Part shown: positions 15,115 through 24,479 of the stretch, one piece after another
Layout of the letters: each line of letters opens with the position of its first letter
Numbering within the stretch: the stretch's first letter is position 1
Origin: a virus
Taxonomy: Duplodnaviria > Caudoviricetes
DNA: 34,144 nt
Virus record (IMG/VR): IMGVR_UViG_3300049472_000055
Coordinates: 1 to 34,144 of that record
Strand: one strand, 5' to 3'
The notes under the pieces: generated by a model
Told to the model about the DNA's origin: nothing
Databases searched by the model: none
Seen by the model: only the letters and a program-made list of their open reading frames with translations
Made by a program: the position numbers and the translations under genes

Positions 15115-15528
15115 ATGGCTGGGACCCCGGAATACACCTCTCGCCCGATCAGCGCTGTTGCCACGCTCAGCGCCGCCAACACCAACCGTGACGGAACTAC
15201 CGGCACCTATGTGACCGCGTACACGTTCAAAGCGGCTGTTGACGGTGGCAGGGGCGGCCGGATCGACGCGCTGACCGTTGTCGGCATCGCGACGACAACG
15301 ACAGGAATGGTCCGCATGTTCATCAACACTGATATGGTTAGAGAAATTGCGATCACTGCCGTCACCCCGAACGCGACCACCAAGGGGTTCATCATCCCTC
15401 TGACAGAGGGCGCTGACGTAAACGGGCGTCTGCCGCTCGGCATCGTCTGCGCACCCGGCGACATCGTAAAATTCAGCACCGAGAAGGCAGAATCCTTCAA
15501 GGCTCGCGTCGAGGGCGGTGAGTTCTAA
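15115..15528 (+). CDS. Putative virion structural protein
   Basis: AGGAG RBS; Thr/Gly-rich beta protein in late block. Confidence 0.7.
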   Translation: MAGTPEYTSRPISAVATLSAANTNRDGTTGTYVTAYTFKAAVDGGRGGRIDALTVVGIATTTTGMVRMFINTDMVREIAITAVTPNATTKGFIIPLTEGADVNGRLPLGIVCAPGDIVKFSTEKAESFKARVEGGEF

Positions 15529-16514
15529 TGTACGGATTCCCAGCACCTCGACAAGGCGGCTTGGCCCTATCCTGGCGAGACGGGATGGTCAAGGAAGGTG
15601 CGGCACTGTCCGCGGATCTGATCATCCGCGGCGCACGCTTTGGATGTGGGCCTGGAGCAGCCCCTGTTCCATCTTCCATTGTCATAGGGGCGGAAGGGCC
15701 AGGCACATTGTCACCCGCGGCCTGGGGGAATGTCCCGACGAGTGTTTTTATTGGCAACCGGGCCGGGCGGTCTGCCGCTGTCGGTGCTGCACAGCTAGTC
15801 ATCGTCGGGGCGTTCGCCGCCTCCCAACTTACCACGGGGACCTATAGTGTTGCCATAGGATCTTCGGCAGCAAGTAACCTGGGAGCAGCGACACGGGTCA
15901 CAGCGGTGGGCGACTCGGCCTTGGCGACAGCATCGCCCCCCGGTGACAGAAACACTGTTGTTGGATACTTCGCTGGGAGAACCGCAACCGGGGGCTCAAA
16001 CGCATGCCTCGGGGATGGCGCAGGGGAGAACATTGGATCGGGATACAATAATGTGTGCCTGGGTGCCAGCAGTGGTGCTACCAGCGGCGGGCTCCAGGAC
16101 ACGATTGCGGTCGGATATGCGGTTCAACCAACCGTATCAAATCAGGCGGTTATCGGTAGGTCCGATAGGACCTTTTGGACGAAGCTGTTCGGGCTGATCG
16201 ACACCACGGGCGATGCGCATGACTTCGCCATAGAGTCAGTCTCTGCAAACACCACGCTCGGCATCACGCATCACACCCTTCTGGTGGATGCAACGAGCGG
16301 GAACAAGACCATCACCCTTCCGGTCGCATCGGCCACGAACGTCAATGGCCGGTACTACGTGGTGATCAAAAGTGACTCGTCTGCCAACACCGTGACGGTC
16401 ACCAGGGCCGGCAGCGATACCATTGAGGGTGCCACGACGGTGGTTCTCACCGCGCAATACCAGAAGACGAAGCTGCAAGCCTACGGGGCTGGATCCATAT
16501 GGTACATCCTCTGA
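15528..16514 (+). CDS. Fibre/adhesin-like protein with YadA-head-like (V/I)G..A repeats
   Basis: SVFIG..AG, SVAIG..A, VTAVG..AL, NTVVG..AG repeats; C-terminal DATSGNKTITLP...IKSDSSANTVTV module. Confidence 0.7.
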   Translation: MYGFPAPRQGGLALSWRDGMVKEGAALSADLIIRGARFGCGPGAAPVPSSIVIGAEGPGTLSPAAWGNVPTSVFIGNRAGRSAAVGAAQLVIVGAFAASQLTTGTYSVAIGSSAASNLGAATRVTAVGDSALATASPPGDRNTVVGYFAGRTATGGSNACLGDGAGENIGSGYNNVCLGASSGATSGGLQDTIAVGYAVQPTVSNQAVIGRSDRTFWTKLFGLIDTTGDAHDFAIESVSANTTLGITHHTLLVDATSGNKTITLPVASATNVNGRYYVVIKSDSSANTVTVTRAGSDTIEGATTVVLTAQYQKTKLQAYGAGSIWYIL

Positions 16515-16954
16515 TTCTGCTCCTGCTTACTGCTCTGCTTGGAGCTGCCACCGAAGCCGACCTATCGCCGCTGTCCGCCGACGTGTACCTGCTCGGCGTC
16601 TCCCACCACACGCACGGCGAATTCCGCGAGGTCAACCCCGGCCTGGGGTTCGGCATATCGTCGCAGGCCAATGATCATCTCGACGTGGTTGCTGTCGGCG
16701 TCACCTACAAGGACTCGTATAACCAGCGGGCGGTGGCGGTCATGGCCGGGGCCAGGCTGGTGGCCGGCGACCGCCGCGGGCTACATGTATCGGCCGCGGC
16801 GATGGTCGGGACGCTTCAGGGGAGCGGATGGAACGGCCCGGCCGTGATCCCGGTGTTCGCCGCTGGCTACGGCTTCGCCTCGCTGGAGGCAGCGCCATTG
16901 GACGTTGATGCCATCGGCGCATGGCTGCGGGTGTCGATCCCCCTGCGTGACTGA
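16499..16954 (+). CDS. PagP-like small outer-membrane beta-barrel protein
   Basis: Signal-peptide-like N-terminus; SHH...FREVNPGLG...YKDSY; alternating amphipathic strands. Confidence 0.6.
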   Translation: MVHPLILLLLTALLGAATEADLSPLSADVYLLGVSHHTHGEFREVNPGLGFGISSQANDHLDVVAVGVTYKDSYNQRAVAVMAGARLVAGDRRGLHVSAAAMVGTLQGSGWNGPAVIPVFAAGYGFASLEAAPLDVDAIGAWLRVSIPLRD

Positions 16955-16966
16955 GGCGAATGTCTG

Positions 16967-16987
16967 AAGTCCGGGGTGGATACCAAT
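16967..16987 (+). promoter_or_regulatory. Late motif copy 3 (AAGTCCGGGGTGGATACCAAT)
   Basis: Intergenic, 45 nt before ATG 17012. Confidence 0.78.
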
Positions 16988-17011
16988 ACTGGTTGTGTTA
17001 TCGCGGGGGGT

Positions 17012-17182
17012 ATGGCCGACATCGCACAGTTCAGCGCTGCCGTTGACCGGGCGATTGCCGTCCTGGAAAGCCACGGGCACATGGACGACGCGCTCATCCT
17101 GCGCCGCGATGGCCCCGAAGTCTTTCGACTGGCCAGGCGTGGCGAGCGGAAGCCAGAACCAACCGAACAGGATCGGAAATAA
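17012..17182 (+). CDS. Small hypothetical protein
   Basis: MADIAQFSAAVDRAIAVL; ATG 17012 preferred because GTG 16976 lies in the motif. Confidence 0.6.
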   Translation: MADIAQFSAAVDRAIAVLESHGHMDDALILRRDGPEVFRLARRGERKPEPTEQDRK

Positions 17183-17185
17183 CCA

Positions 17186-17536
17186 ATGGGCACGAAGGAC
17201 TCAGGTGAGGTGCAGGTCTTGGTGCTGAAGCTCCTGGAGGAGAACCGCGCCGACAACAAGACGCTGCTGGCTGGGCAAGCCACACTGAACGCCAATGTTG
17301 GCGAGGTGAAGGCCCAGTTGATCACCGGGCACGATCGCATGAACCGGTTCGAAAGCCGCCTGGAAGCCGTCGAAAAGCGCGAGCCCACGCCACCACCGCG
17401 CCGAAATGATCAGCGGGACATTCAGACCGATGTGATCAGGAAGCCAACGAAACTGGACCTCGCCATGTGGGTCAAGATCGGCACGCTGATCGGGGCAGCC
17501 CTGGCCGGCGTACTGGCATCAAAGGCCGTGCCATGA
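17186..17536 (+). CDS. Coiled-coil protein with C-terminal TM helix (holin/hemolysin-like architecture)
   Basis: Helical N-region then WVKIGTLIGAALAGVLA. Confidence 0.55.
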   Translation: MGTKDSGEVQVLVLKLLEENRADNKTLLAGQATLNANVGEVKAQLITGHDRMNRFESRLEAVEKREPTPPPRRNDQRDIQTDVIRKPTKLDLAMWVKIGTLIGAALAGVLASKAVP

Positions 17537-18168
17537 ACATCGACTGGGTACGGCTTTCGTGGCAGGCGATGGCGGCGGTGTTCTCTCTGCTGTTTTGGGT
17601 GTCTGTCGGCCTCGTCATCCTGACCCTGTGTGGCTGCGGATCCGAGACGCGGGCCGAAACGCGCACCGAAAAGCGCATCGTGACGGTGACCAAGGAGATC
17701 CGGCAGGAGATCAGCCCGACCGGCGAGATCGTGCAGCTGGAGACGGTGACGCGCACGACAACCAGCGAGGACGGGCAGCAGATCGGACAGACCGAAACAG
17801 AGATCAAGCAGCCACAGGTCGTGGGCATGATCGCCGCGCTGGCCAAGGCCGGCGCAGCTGTCATCGGCGGCCCTGCCGCTGGCCAAGCAGCGCAAACGGG
17901 CATCGACCTCATCAGCACCCTGCTTGGCACCTCTGCCGCAGTCGTTCCAGCTGGGATGGGGTACGTAGCGCTGCGCAAGCGTAAGTCCGAGGCTGATGCG
18001 CTGAAAGAGGAATTGGAAATTGCCGACCGCCACCGCCGTCAGCTGGTCAAGAGCGTTGAGCATGCGCGCTCCGTTCTGACCAAGGATGACGACGAGAACT
18101 TCACCACTGCTCTGGCAAAAAAGCAGGACGACGATCTGCAAGCATATGTCCAGGCACTAACCACGTGA
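17533..18168 (+). CDS. Putative lipoprotein / membrane protein (possible lysis accessory)
   Basis: ATGA start; hydrophobic N-terminus ending LTLCGC (lipobox-like); later hydrophobic segments and coiled coil. Confidence 0.65.
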   Translation: MNIDWVRLSWQAMAAVFSLLFWVSVGLVILTLCGCGSETRAETRTEKRIVTVTKEIRQEISPTGEIVQLETVTRTTTSEDGQQIGQTETEIKQPQVVGMIAALAKAGAAVIGGPAAGQAAQTGIDLISTLLGTSAAVVPAGMGYVALRKRKSEADALKEELEIADRHRRQLVKSVEHARSVLTKDDDENFTTALAKKQDDDLQAYVQALTT

Positions 18169-18175
18169 GGCAGTC

Positions 18176-18298
18176 ATGACCGATACCAACGATAAAATCC
18201 GTTCAACCCTCCTGGCCGGCCTGCTGAGCCCCAGGGTAGGCTTCGCCTTCCTGGCTGGCTTCATCGCCGGCTGGCTCAGCAAGTGGCTGGTGGGCTAA
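18176..18298 (+). CDS. 40-aa membrane peptide
   Basis: GAGG RBS; MTDTNDKIRSTLLAGLLSPRVGFAFLAGFIAGWLSKWLVG; not in ORF track. Confidence 0.6.
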   Translation: MTDTNDKIRSTLLAGLLSPRVGFAFLAGFIAGWLSKWLVG

Positions 18299-18301
18299 GC
18301 C

Positions 18302-18601
18302 ATGGCTGCGCAAACCATCACTGTCACTGATGCCGCCCCGACCCCTGTGGCCATCACCCTGGCTGCGGCCATCACCACCGTCTATCTGCGTGGTGATTTC
18401 GGCAACAACGGGGCCATCATCCTGGAAGGCAGCGATGATGGAGTTGAGCCGTATTCGCCCATCCATGGCTCCAGTGACATCGGCTTTGTAGGTCAGAGCG
18501 CTGTCATTCTTGGCCTGGTCCTGCCTGCGGGCTGGCGTCTGCGGGCCCGGCAGCTGCGCAAGGGCGGCGCAAACTTCAGCGTGCGGATTGCCGTCGAATG
18601 A
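18302..18601 (+). CDS. Small beta-sandwich structural protein
   Basis: GDFG...ILEGSDDG...LRAR pattern seen in small virion proteins. Confidence 0.65.
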   Translation: MAAQTITVTDAAPTPVAITLAAAITTVYLRGDFGNNGAIILEGSDDGVEPYSPIHGSSDIGFVGQSAVILGLVLPAGWRLRARQLRKGGANFSVRIAVE

Positions 18602-20325
18602 TTTTTCCGGCCCACTCTGGTGCCATACTCGGGGCAACAGGCGGCGCATTTCGCCGTTCTGGTGGGCTGCACGTTGATACCAAAGCTTGGATTGCCCGTA
18701 CCGCCACCAACGGCGGAAGCCTGACGCCGACCGAAATCGCCGCACACGACATCTGGCGTAGGGACATCGGAGACACGATCGCGGCCAAGTTCCGGGCCGC
18801 ACACTTCTACTGGGTCGGCAACAGTCTCGCCAAGCGCACTCCGTATTTTGCCACCTGGGGGCCGTCGCTGCTGACGGTGGAGGGTTCGCCCGGCGAGCCA
18901 GCACGCGGGTACTCGTTCACTGGAATCGCCGGCCAGCGCATCCGCACCGGCATCACCCCGTCGTCACAGTCGGGGTTCTCGCAGTTCGATCAGTTCTTCC
19001 TGCTGTGGACCTACGGTCGCAACGACCCGATGGTGTCCCAGGCCATGTTCGGAGCGCGCACAGGCGGCAGCGCCGAGTACCGCACCGGCATCAATTGGGT
19101 CACGGGAGCCAACAGCCTGGAGGTCAACGGCGGCAACAGCCTCCAAGCGAACAACAACTATACCCAAACCGAAGGCCCATTCTCTGGCAGCATCGGCCTG
19201 CGTGCCCTGTCCGGCACCGCTGAAAGCTATCGAAATGCGCTGCTGAAAACGACAACCTCAGCCTACTCGACTGATGATAAGCCAGCCGCCGAATTGTGGG
19301 TCGGCGGTCTGAATGGCATGGGGGCTCAGTATTTCAATGGTGATGTCGGATGCTGGTTTATCGGCAAGGGACTGACCGACGCCGAGTATGTCACAGTGTC
19401 CAACGCCACGCAGAAACTGGCCGATACGCTGGCGCTGGCGAACACGCTGGTGTCCCGCGGCGATTCATTGATCGCAGCTGGCAGCGGCATGGACGTTGCC
19501 AGCTACGTTACTGATCCGACCCTATGGTTCCAGTATTCGGTGAGTAATTTTGCGGTCGGCGGAACAACCATCGCTCAGATCCAGACCGCTCTCGACTCCG
19601 AGCTTGCCCCGCCGGCAATCAGGCGTGACCGTATCGGCGTCTACTCGGCAGGCCGCAACGATTTCCGTAATAACGCTGACGTTGCGGACATGACTACCAG
19701 GATCATGGCGCTGATGAGCACCCCCAACAGCAGGGGGCGGTATCGCTACATGGAGATCCCGCCCATGGAAATGGGCAACAACGATGAAGACGCCGGCTAT
19801 CCGTTCTTCATCCGTCGCGTGGCACTCAATGACGCTGTCGAGTCGATCATCGGCCAGCGCATGGTGCGCGTCGTCGAAGCCCTGCGCGCATCCGCCACGC
19901 TGTCAAACGCCAGCGACATTGCCACGCTGGATCGCGGACTAACTCCGACAACGATGCGCGGCGACACGGTGCATCCGTCGACCGCCGGCAAGTTGGTCAT
20001 GGCAAAAGCGCTGTGGGAAACGCTGCGCAGCGGGCTGGGGACGCCAGTTAACGCGCCGTCCAACTACATCCTGCCCCTCGTTTGGATCGCTGCGACCACT
20101 GGGAGCAACGCCACTGTCGGCCAGGTCCTCAAGGTCACGCCCGGTGGCTGGCGCGGAAATCCGGTCTTCAGCTTCCAATGGCAACGCAACGGCATCGACA
20201 TCAGCGGGGCCACGTCGAACACATATACGACCGTGTTGGCTGGCGCGCTGACGTGCATCGTTTCTGCGATCAACCCCTACGGCGGCCCGGTCACCGCAAC
20301 CAGCAACACCATCACCGTCGCATGA
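18598..20325 (+). CDS. Virion-associated SGNH/GDSL hydrolase with N-terminal lectin-like and C-terminal Ig-like domains
   Basis: Blocks RGDSL, AVGG, GRND, DTVHP; C-terminal VGQVLKVTPGGW...FQWQRNG..ISGAT..TYT. Confidence 0.8.
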   Translation: MIFPAHSGAILGATGGAFRRSGGLHVDTKAWIARTATNGGSLTPTEIAAHDIWRRDIGDTIAAKFRAAHFYWVGNSLAKRTPYFATWGPSLLTVEGSPGEPARGYSFTGIAGQRIRTGITPSSQSGFSQFDQFFLLWTYGRNDPMVSQAMFGARTGGSAEYRTGINWVTGANSLEVNGGNSLQANNNYTQTEGPFSGSIGLRALSGTAESYRNALLKTTTSAYSTDDKPAAELWVGGLNGMGAQYFNGDVGCWFIGKGLTDAEYVTVSNATQKLADTLALANTLVSRGDSLIAAGSGMDVASYVTDPTLWFQYSVSNFAVGGTTIAQIQTALDSELAPPAIRRDRIGVYSAGRNDFRNNADVADMTTRIMALMSTPNSRGRYRYMEIPPMEMGNNDEDAGYPFFIRRVALNDAVESIIGQRMVRVVEALRASATLSNASDIATLDRGLTPTTMRGDTVHPSTAGKLVMAKALWETLRSGLGTPVNAPSNYILPLVWIAATTGSNATVGQVLKVTPGGWRGNPVFSFQWQRNGIDISGATSNTYTTVLAGALTCIVSAINPYGGPVTATSNTITVA

Positions 20326-20480
20326 GCCAGCGCACACCAATCGCCAAGCGTGCCCGGCTGGGCCTGGATAAGACGACCACTGAATCGGTGGCCGTCCCCC
20401 GGGTTCGCATGATCACGGTGAACGGGGTCAAGGGCATCTGGGTGCCGATCCATCCCCTCGCTGAGTACCGGAGGGGCTGA
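20322..20480 (+). CDS. Small hypothetical protein
   Basis: ATGA and TGATG overlaps; 52 aa. Confidence 0.6.
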   Translation: MSQRTPIAKRARLGLDKTTTESVAVPRVRMITVNGVKGIWVPIHPLAEYRRG

Positions 20481-20953
20481 TGCTCGGCCTTCTGCCCATC
20501 CGTCACAGCCGCGCCGATGCGCTGCGCTTAACCACGGTGGTGACCACTGTCGACCCAACCGCCATTGACGATGCCGATGATGGATACCGGGTCGGTCAGC
20601 GCTGGGTCAACAGCACGTTGCTGACCACCTGGACCCTGGCCGATGCCACGCCAGGCGCAGCGGTGTGGGTGCAAGAGGACGGCGGTGGCGGCGGCGGTGG
20701 CGGGCCGGTTGCGCTCGGCGGCGATCTCGGCGGCACATCCAGCGCCGGCTACGTCAAGGCGGTGCGCGGCCTGAGCGCCACGCTGACCTATGACGGCAAC
20801 GGGCGTCTGTCCACCGTGACCACCAGCCATGGGACCAAGACCATGGGGTACAACGGCGACGGGACGCTGGCGAGCATCACCGCTACCGGCGGATACCGAT
20901 CCAAGTCATTCACCTATTCCGGCGGCAAGCTCGCCGGGATTACCGTTTCGTAA
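20480..20953 (+). CDS. Structural protein with poly-Gly linker and short YD-like repeats
   Basis: DPTAIDDADDGYRVGQRWVN...ADATPGAAVW module; TYDGNGRL, YNGDGTL, FTYSGGKL. Confidence 0.75.
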   Translation: MLGLLPIRHSRADALRLTTVVTTVDPTAIDDADDGYRVGQRWVNSTLLTTWTLADATPGAAVWVQEDGGGGGGGGPVALGGDLGGTSSAGYVKAVRGLSATLTYDGNGRLSTVTTSHGTKTMGYNGDGTLASITATGGYRSKSFTYSGGKLAGITVS

Positions 20954-20965
20954 AGGAACCATCGC

Positions 20966-21403
20966 ATGCCCAAAGGCACCACGACCTGCAACAAGCTGTT
21001 GTCCATCATGTACCTGGCGGTGGGCTGGGCAAACGTGGCCGACAATGCCGCGAGCGCCCCGCTGACCAACGTCTATGCGCGTCTGGCGACGGCGAGCTAT
21101 GGCCCCAGCAGTGTGGCCAACGCCAACGAGGTGGCGTACACCAATTACGCTGGTGGCATCGCCGTGCCGCGGTCGGCGGCTGGGTGGTCCACGCCGAGCG
21201 GTGGGCAGATTTCCAACGTCAACCCCATTGAATACCTCCAGTGCGGGGTGACGGGCGCCAACGCCACCAGTGCCTGCACCACCACGGCTGCGACGGGCGC
21301 CACGGACATCTGGCACTATGGCGACCTGAACAGCCCCATTGCCATCAGCAATCAGATCCAGCCCCGGTTCCCGGCCGGCGCCATGACCATCACGGAGGCG
21401 TGA
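20966..21403 (+). CDS. Putative virion (tail/decoration) protein
   Basis: AAGGA RBS; NEVAYTNYA...VPRSAAGW...P.FPAGAMTITE. Confidence 0.75.
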   Translation: MPKGTTTCNKLLSIMYLAVGWANVADNAASAPLTNVYARLATASYGPSSVANANEVAYTNYAGGIAVPRSAAGWSTPSGGQISNVNPIEYLQCGVTGANATSACTTTAATGATDIWHYGDLNSPIAISNQIQPRFPAGAMTITEA

Positions 21404-21660
21404 TGTTCGATTCGTTCCCGCCACTGTATGAGTGCAGCCAGTGCGGCGCCGCTGTGACGGTGACGCCGCAGGGGGAAGGCGTCGAACCGCTCAAGCAGTT
21501 CAGCTGCCCGCACACCACGGCCATTATCTGGGCCAACCGCAAGGTAACCCTGCGGGGGCGCGGGGAGCTGGAAGGCAAGCCGCTGATCGAACGCACCTGC
21601 ATCCGGCTGAAGCTCAACCTGCGCCAACTGCTGTCGCGCCTGACGGGGCGCAGCATCTGA
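21403..21660 (+). CDS. Hypothetical protein with Cys/His motif
   Basis: GGAGG RBS, TGATG coupling; CSQC...CPH. Confidence 0.7.
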   Translation: MFDSFPPLYECSQCGAAVTVTPQGEGVEPLKQFSCPHTTAIIWANRKVTLRGRGELEGKPLIERTCIRLKLNLRQLLSRLTGRSI

Positions 21661-21661
21661 T

Positions 21662-22519
21662 ATGCTGACCCACGCCAACGTCCTGTGTGCCGCCGATCTC
21701 GGCCGGTCGCTGACGCGCCCGTGGATCAAGAACCCATCGGTAGTGACCGCGGCCGGCATCCACGTTGATCTGACGTTCTTCGGCCGCTACCCCGCCGCCA
21801 ACTACTTCACGGACGGCGTACCGCTGACGGCGCGGCAGCTGCGCCGCAGCACGGACGGCGGGCTGGACCACGGAGCGAACAAAGGATCGGCCTACCGCAA
21901 GTGGCTGCAAGCCGCGACGGCGCTGAGCCTGACTGCCGGCGCGGCCCCGGCCACCTACTACCTGCTCGACTACCTGCTGTATTACCCGCTGATCCCGATG
22001 GAAGACGTGCAGACGATGGACAATACCATCACGCTGCCGCGCTACACTGACGGGGCTGGCGTGCAGCTGATGCTGCTGGAACAGTTCCCCTACGTCGGCG
22101 GTGGCACGCTGCGCTGCACCTACACCAACGCCATGGGGCAATCCGGCGTCGTCTCTCCGACCTGCACCGTCAATACCCAGACGGCGCTTGGCACGGTGGC
22201 GACCTCGGCGCCGGCCACGGCAGGATGCCCCGGCATGTTTGTGCCATGGTGCGGAAATTGCCGTGGCGTGAAGGCGCTGGAATCCATTGAGTTCCTGACC
22301 GCCGACGCTGGCAACCTGGCCGCGGTGCTGGTCAAGCCGCTGCGCATGTTCGGCACCTACGAAAACACCAACCCGGCCGAGTGGGACTTCCTGCGCGATC
22401 TGGGCTGGCTGGAAGAAATCACCGACGACGCCTATCTGTCGCTGGTCTGCTGCCCGACTGGCTCGCTCAACGGCGGCATCATCGACGGATCACTCGCAAC
22501 CATCTGGACGGAGACTTAA
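21662..22519 (+). CDS. Putative virion protein, paralog A
   Basis: TLPRYTDGAGV...YTNAMGQSG; similar to the next gene. Confidence 0.8.
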   Translation: MLTHANVLCAADLGRSLTRPWIKNPSVVTAAGIHVDLTFFGRYPAANYFTDGVPLTARQLRRSTDGGLDHGANKGSAYRKWLQAATALSLTAGAAPATYYLLDYLLYYPLIPMEDVQTMDNTITLPRYTDGAGVQLMLLEQFPYVGGGTLRCTYTNAMGQSGVVSPTCTVNTQTALGTVATSAPATAGCPGMFVPWCGNCRGVKALESIEFLTADAGNLAAVLVKPLRMFGTYENTNPAEWDFLRDLGWLEEITDDAYLSLVCCPTGSLNGGIIDGSLATIWTET

Positions 22520-22521
22520 CC

Positions 22522-23706
22522 ATGGCTGGATTCTCAGGACTCGACAACCGGCTGAACAGCATGTCGGCGCTTGGCAAGCGGTGGCAGCAAATGATGTCTA
22601 AGCAGACCAACCCGACCGCAGCAGCGGTGGCCAACGAATGGCACACCCTGTTCCGCGGCGGCGGCAATCCGCCGGCCGATGCGATCTTCGATGCCGGCAC
22701 GAACCTGTTGTTCCAGGCGCTGACCGACCAGACGCCCAACGCCGGCAGCCTGTACCACGGCGGCGACGTGGGCGCGGCCGGCGATGACTTCAAGATCCTG
22801 GAGACGGCGATGGCGAACACCGCCGCCGGTACGGTGGTCCCGGCCTGGGTCCAACTGATCGACGTGCTGGGCTTCATCCGCGTGACCACCGTCACCACGA
22901 CCACCGCGCAGACGGTCATCTGGCCATACAACGACGGCACGGCGACCGGCGGCGGCGAAGCCGTGACCTTCTCGTCGTCGAGCGGACTGCTGGGAACGTA
23001 CACCAACGATATTCAGAACCTCAGCAAGGTCCGTTTCCGCAACAGCGGCGGCGCCCTGCCCACCGGCCTGGTCGCCGGAACGGACTACTACACCATCCGC
23101 GTGACGGCCACCACCTGCCGCTTCGCCACCAGCCGCGCCAACGCCATCGCCAGTACGGCTATCGCCTTCACCGACGCCGGCAGCGGAACCAACGTCCTCG
23201 ACGTGCGCCTGCCGCGCTACTCGGACGGTGTTGGCGTTGATTGCATGTTCTTCAACCCGTCGACCACCGCGCTGGGCGCCGGCACCCCGGCCCTGACCAT
23301 CGGTTATCAGAACGGCGCTGGCGTGACCGCCAGAGCCACGCCGACCACCCCCAGCGCACCTGTGGGCAAGACGGCAGCGACGGCCAGCCACATCCTGTGG
23401 ACCGGCGCGACCGGCGCCGGCAAGTTCGGCCCAGCGATCCCGCTGCAAGGCGCCGACAGCGGCATACGCAGCGTGCAGAACGTGCGCAACAGCGCGACCT
23501 ACACGTCCGGTTCTTACACCGTGGCGCTGTACAAGCGCCTAGGCGAACCGATCCCGCTGCAAGTCCTTGGTCAGGCCGTGCCGTGGCGCTTCGACGGTGG
23601 CGTGCGCGTCTTCGACGGCGCCGCCATCTACGGCATCGTCAAGTCTGGTGTGGCGACCCCGGCCAACTCGCTGATCGAAGTGAATCTCGACTTCGGCTGG
23701 GCCTGA
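22522..23706 (+). CDS. Putative virion protein, paralog B with inserted domain
   Basis: GGAG RBS; RLPRYSDGVGV...YQNGAGVT...PLQGADSGIRSVQ. Confidence 0.8.
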   Translation: MAGFSGLDNRLNSMSALGKRWQQMMSKQTNPTAAAVANEWHTLFRGGGNPPADAIFDAGTNLLFQALTDQTPNAGSLYHGGDVGAAGDDFKILETAMANTAAGTVVPAWVQLIDVLGFIRVTTVTTTTAQTVIWPYNDGTATGGGEAVTFSSSSGLLGTYTNDIQNLSKVRFRNSGGALPTGLVAGTDYYTIRVTATTCRFATSRANAIASTAIAFTDAGSGTNVLDVRLPRYSDGVGVDCMFFNPSTTALGAGTPALTIGYQNGAGVTARATPTTPSAPVGKTAATASHILWTGATGAGKFGPAIPLQGADSGIRSVQNVRNSATYTSGSYTVALYKRLGEPIPLQVLGQAVPWRFDGGVRVFDGAAIYGIVKSGVATPANSLIEVNLDFGWA

Positions 23707-23709
23707 TCC

Positions 23710-24471
23710 ATGGGGCTAATGAACAACCACATGCGCCTGTACTGGCCCGACACGGTCGAGGGTAGCGCCCATGCGCTGCTGCCCGGCCAGTGGAACGGCC
23801 AGCGTGCGTGGGGGAAGTTCATCCAACCGCAGGGCGCCGCGGCGGTGCAGAAGACGGCAGCGAATCCACCGGGCCACTACCGCTGCGCCTGGAGCATGCC
23901 GATCACAGCCGGCGAGATGGCGCTGCGCACGCAGGGAGACGGCCGACTGGCGGCGAACCTCTACCCGTCGCGCAATATGTCGATTGACCTGACGGGCAGC
24001 GGCGATCTTGACGCCATCGCGGCGCTGGTGGTGTCGATGATCTGCGCCATGGGCGGGTCCGGAACGCTGGCGGCAACGATCCAGGGGCGGCAGAATATGT
24101 CGATCAACTTCGCTGGATCTGGCGGTCTGGATGCGGCCATGACCGCGGTAGCGAACATGACGGCGGATCTGGTGGGGACCGGCGACTTGGCGGCGACCAT
24201 CGCGGCCTATGGGAACATGGACATCGACATCGTGGTGACCGGCACCGGCCTGACCACGGCCAACGTGGGCGACATCGTCGCTGATGCCGTCTGGACCTAC
24301 CTGAGCCGCACCCTGACCAGTGGCGGTGGTGGTGGCGGCGGTCTGACCCAACAGGACGTGCGCGATGCGCTCAAGCTCGCAGCCAGCGCCGGAACGCCTG
24401 CCGCCGGCAGCGTGGACGCCAAGCTGAACGACATCGGCAACAACACCGGGTTGATCCCGGCGCTACTCTGA
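23710..24471 (+). CDS. Putative virion protein with G.G.L.A repeats
   Basis: About five 19-aa repeats (GSGDLDA, GSGTLAA, GSGGLDA, GTGDLAA); ADAVWTYLSRTLT. Confidence 0.75.
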   Translation: MGLMNNHMRLYWPDTVEGSAHALLPGQWNGQRAWGKFIQPQGAAAVQKTAANPPGHYRCAWSMPITAGEMALRTQGDGRLAANLYPSRNMSIDLTGSGDLDAIAALVVSMICAMGGSGTLAATIQGRQNMSINFAGSGGLDAAMTAVANMTADLVGTGDLAATIAAYGNMDIDIVVTGTGLTTANVGDIVADAVWTYLSRTLTSGGGGGGGLTQQDVRDALKLAASAGTPAAGSVDAKLNDIGNNTGLIPALL

Positions 24472-24479
24472 GGGCCACT

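Noticed and set aside
2314-15545. Extra GTACGGA half-sites near 2314, 2480, 10711 and 15530
   Set aside because: The second arm is missing or poor and all lie in coding sequence, consistent with chance
20780-20950. YD-like repeats as an Rhs toxin
   Set aside because: Only about three short repeats in a 157-aa protein; no Rhs core or toxin/immunity pair
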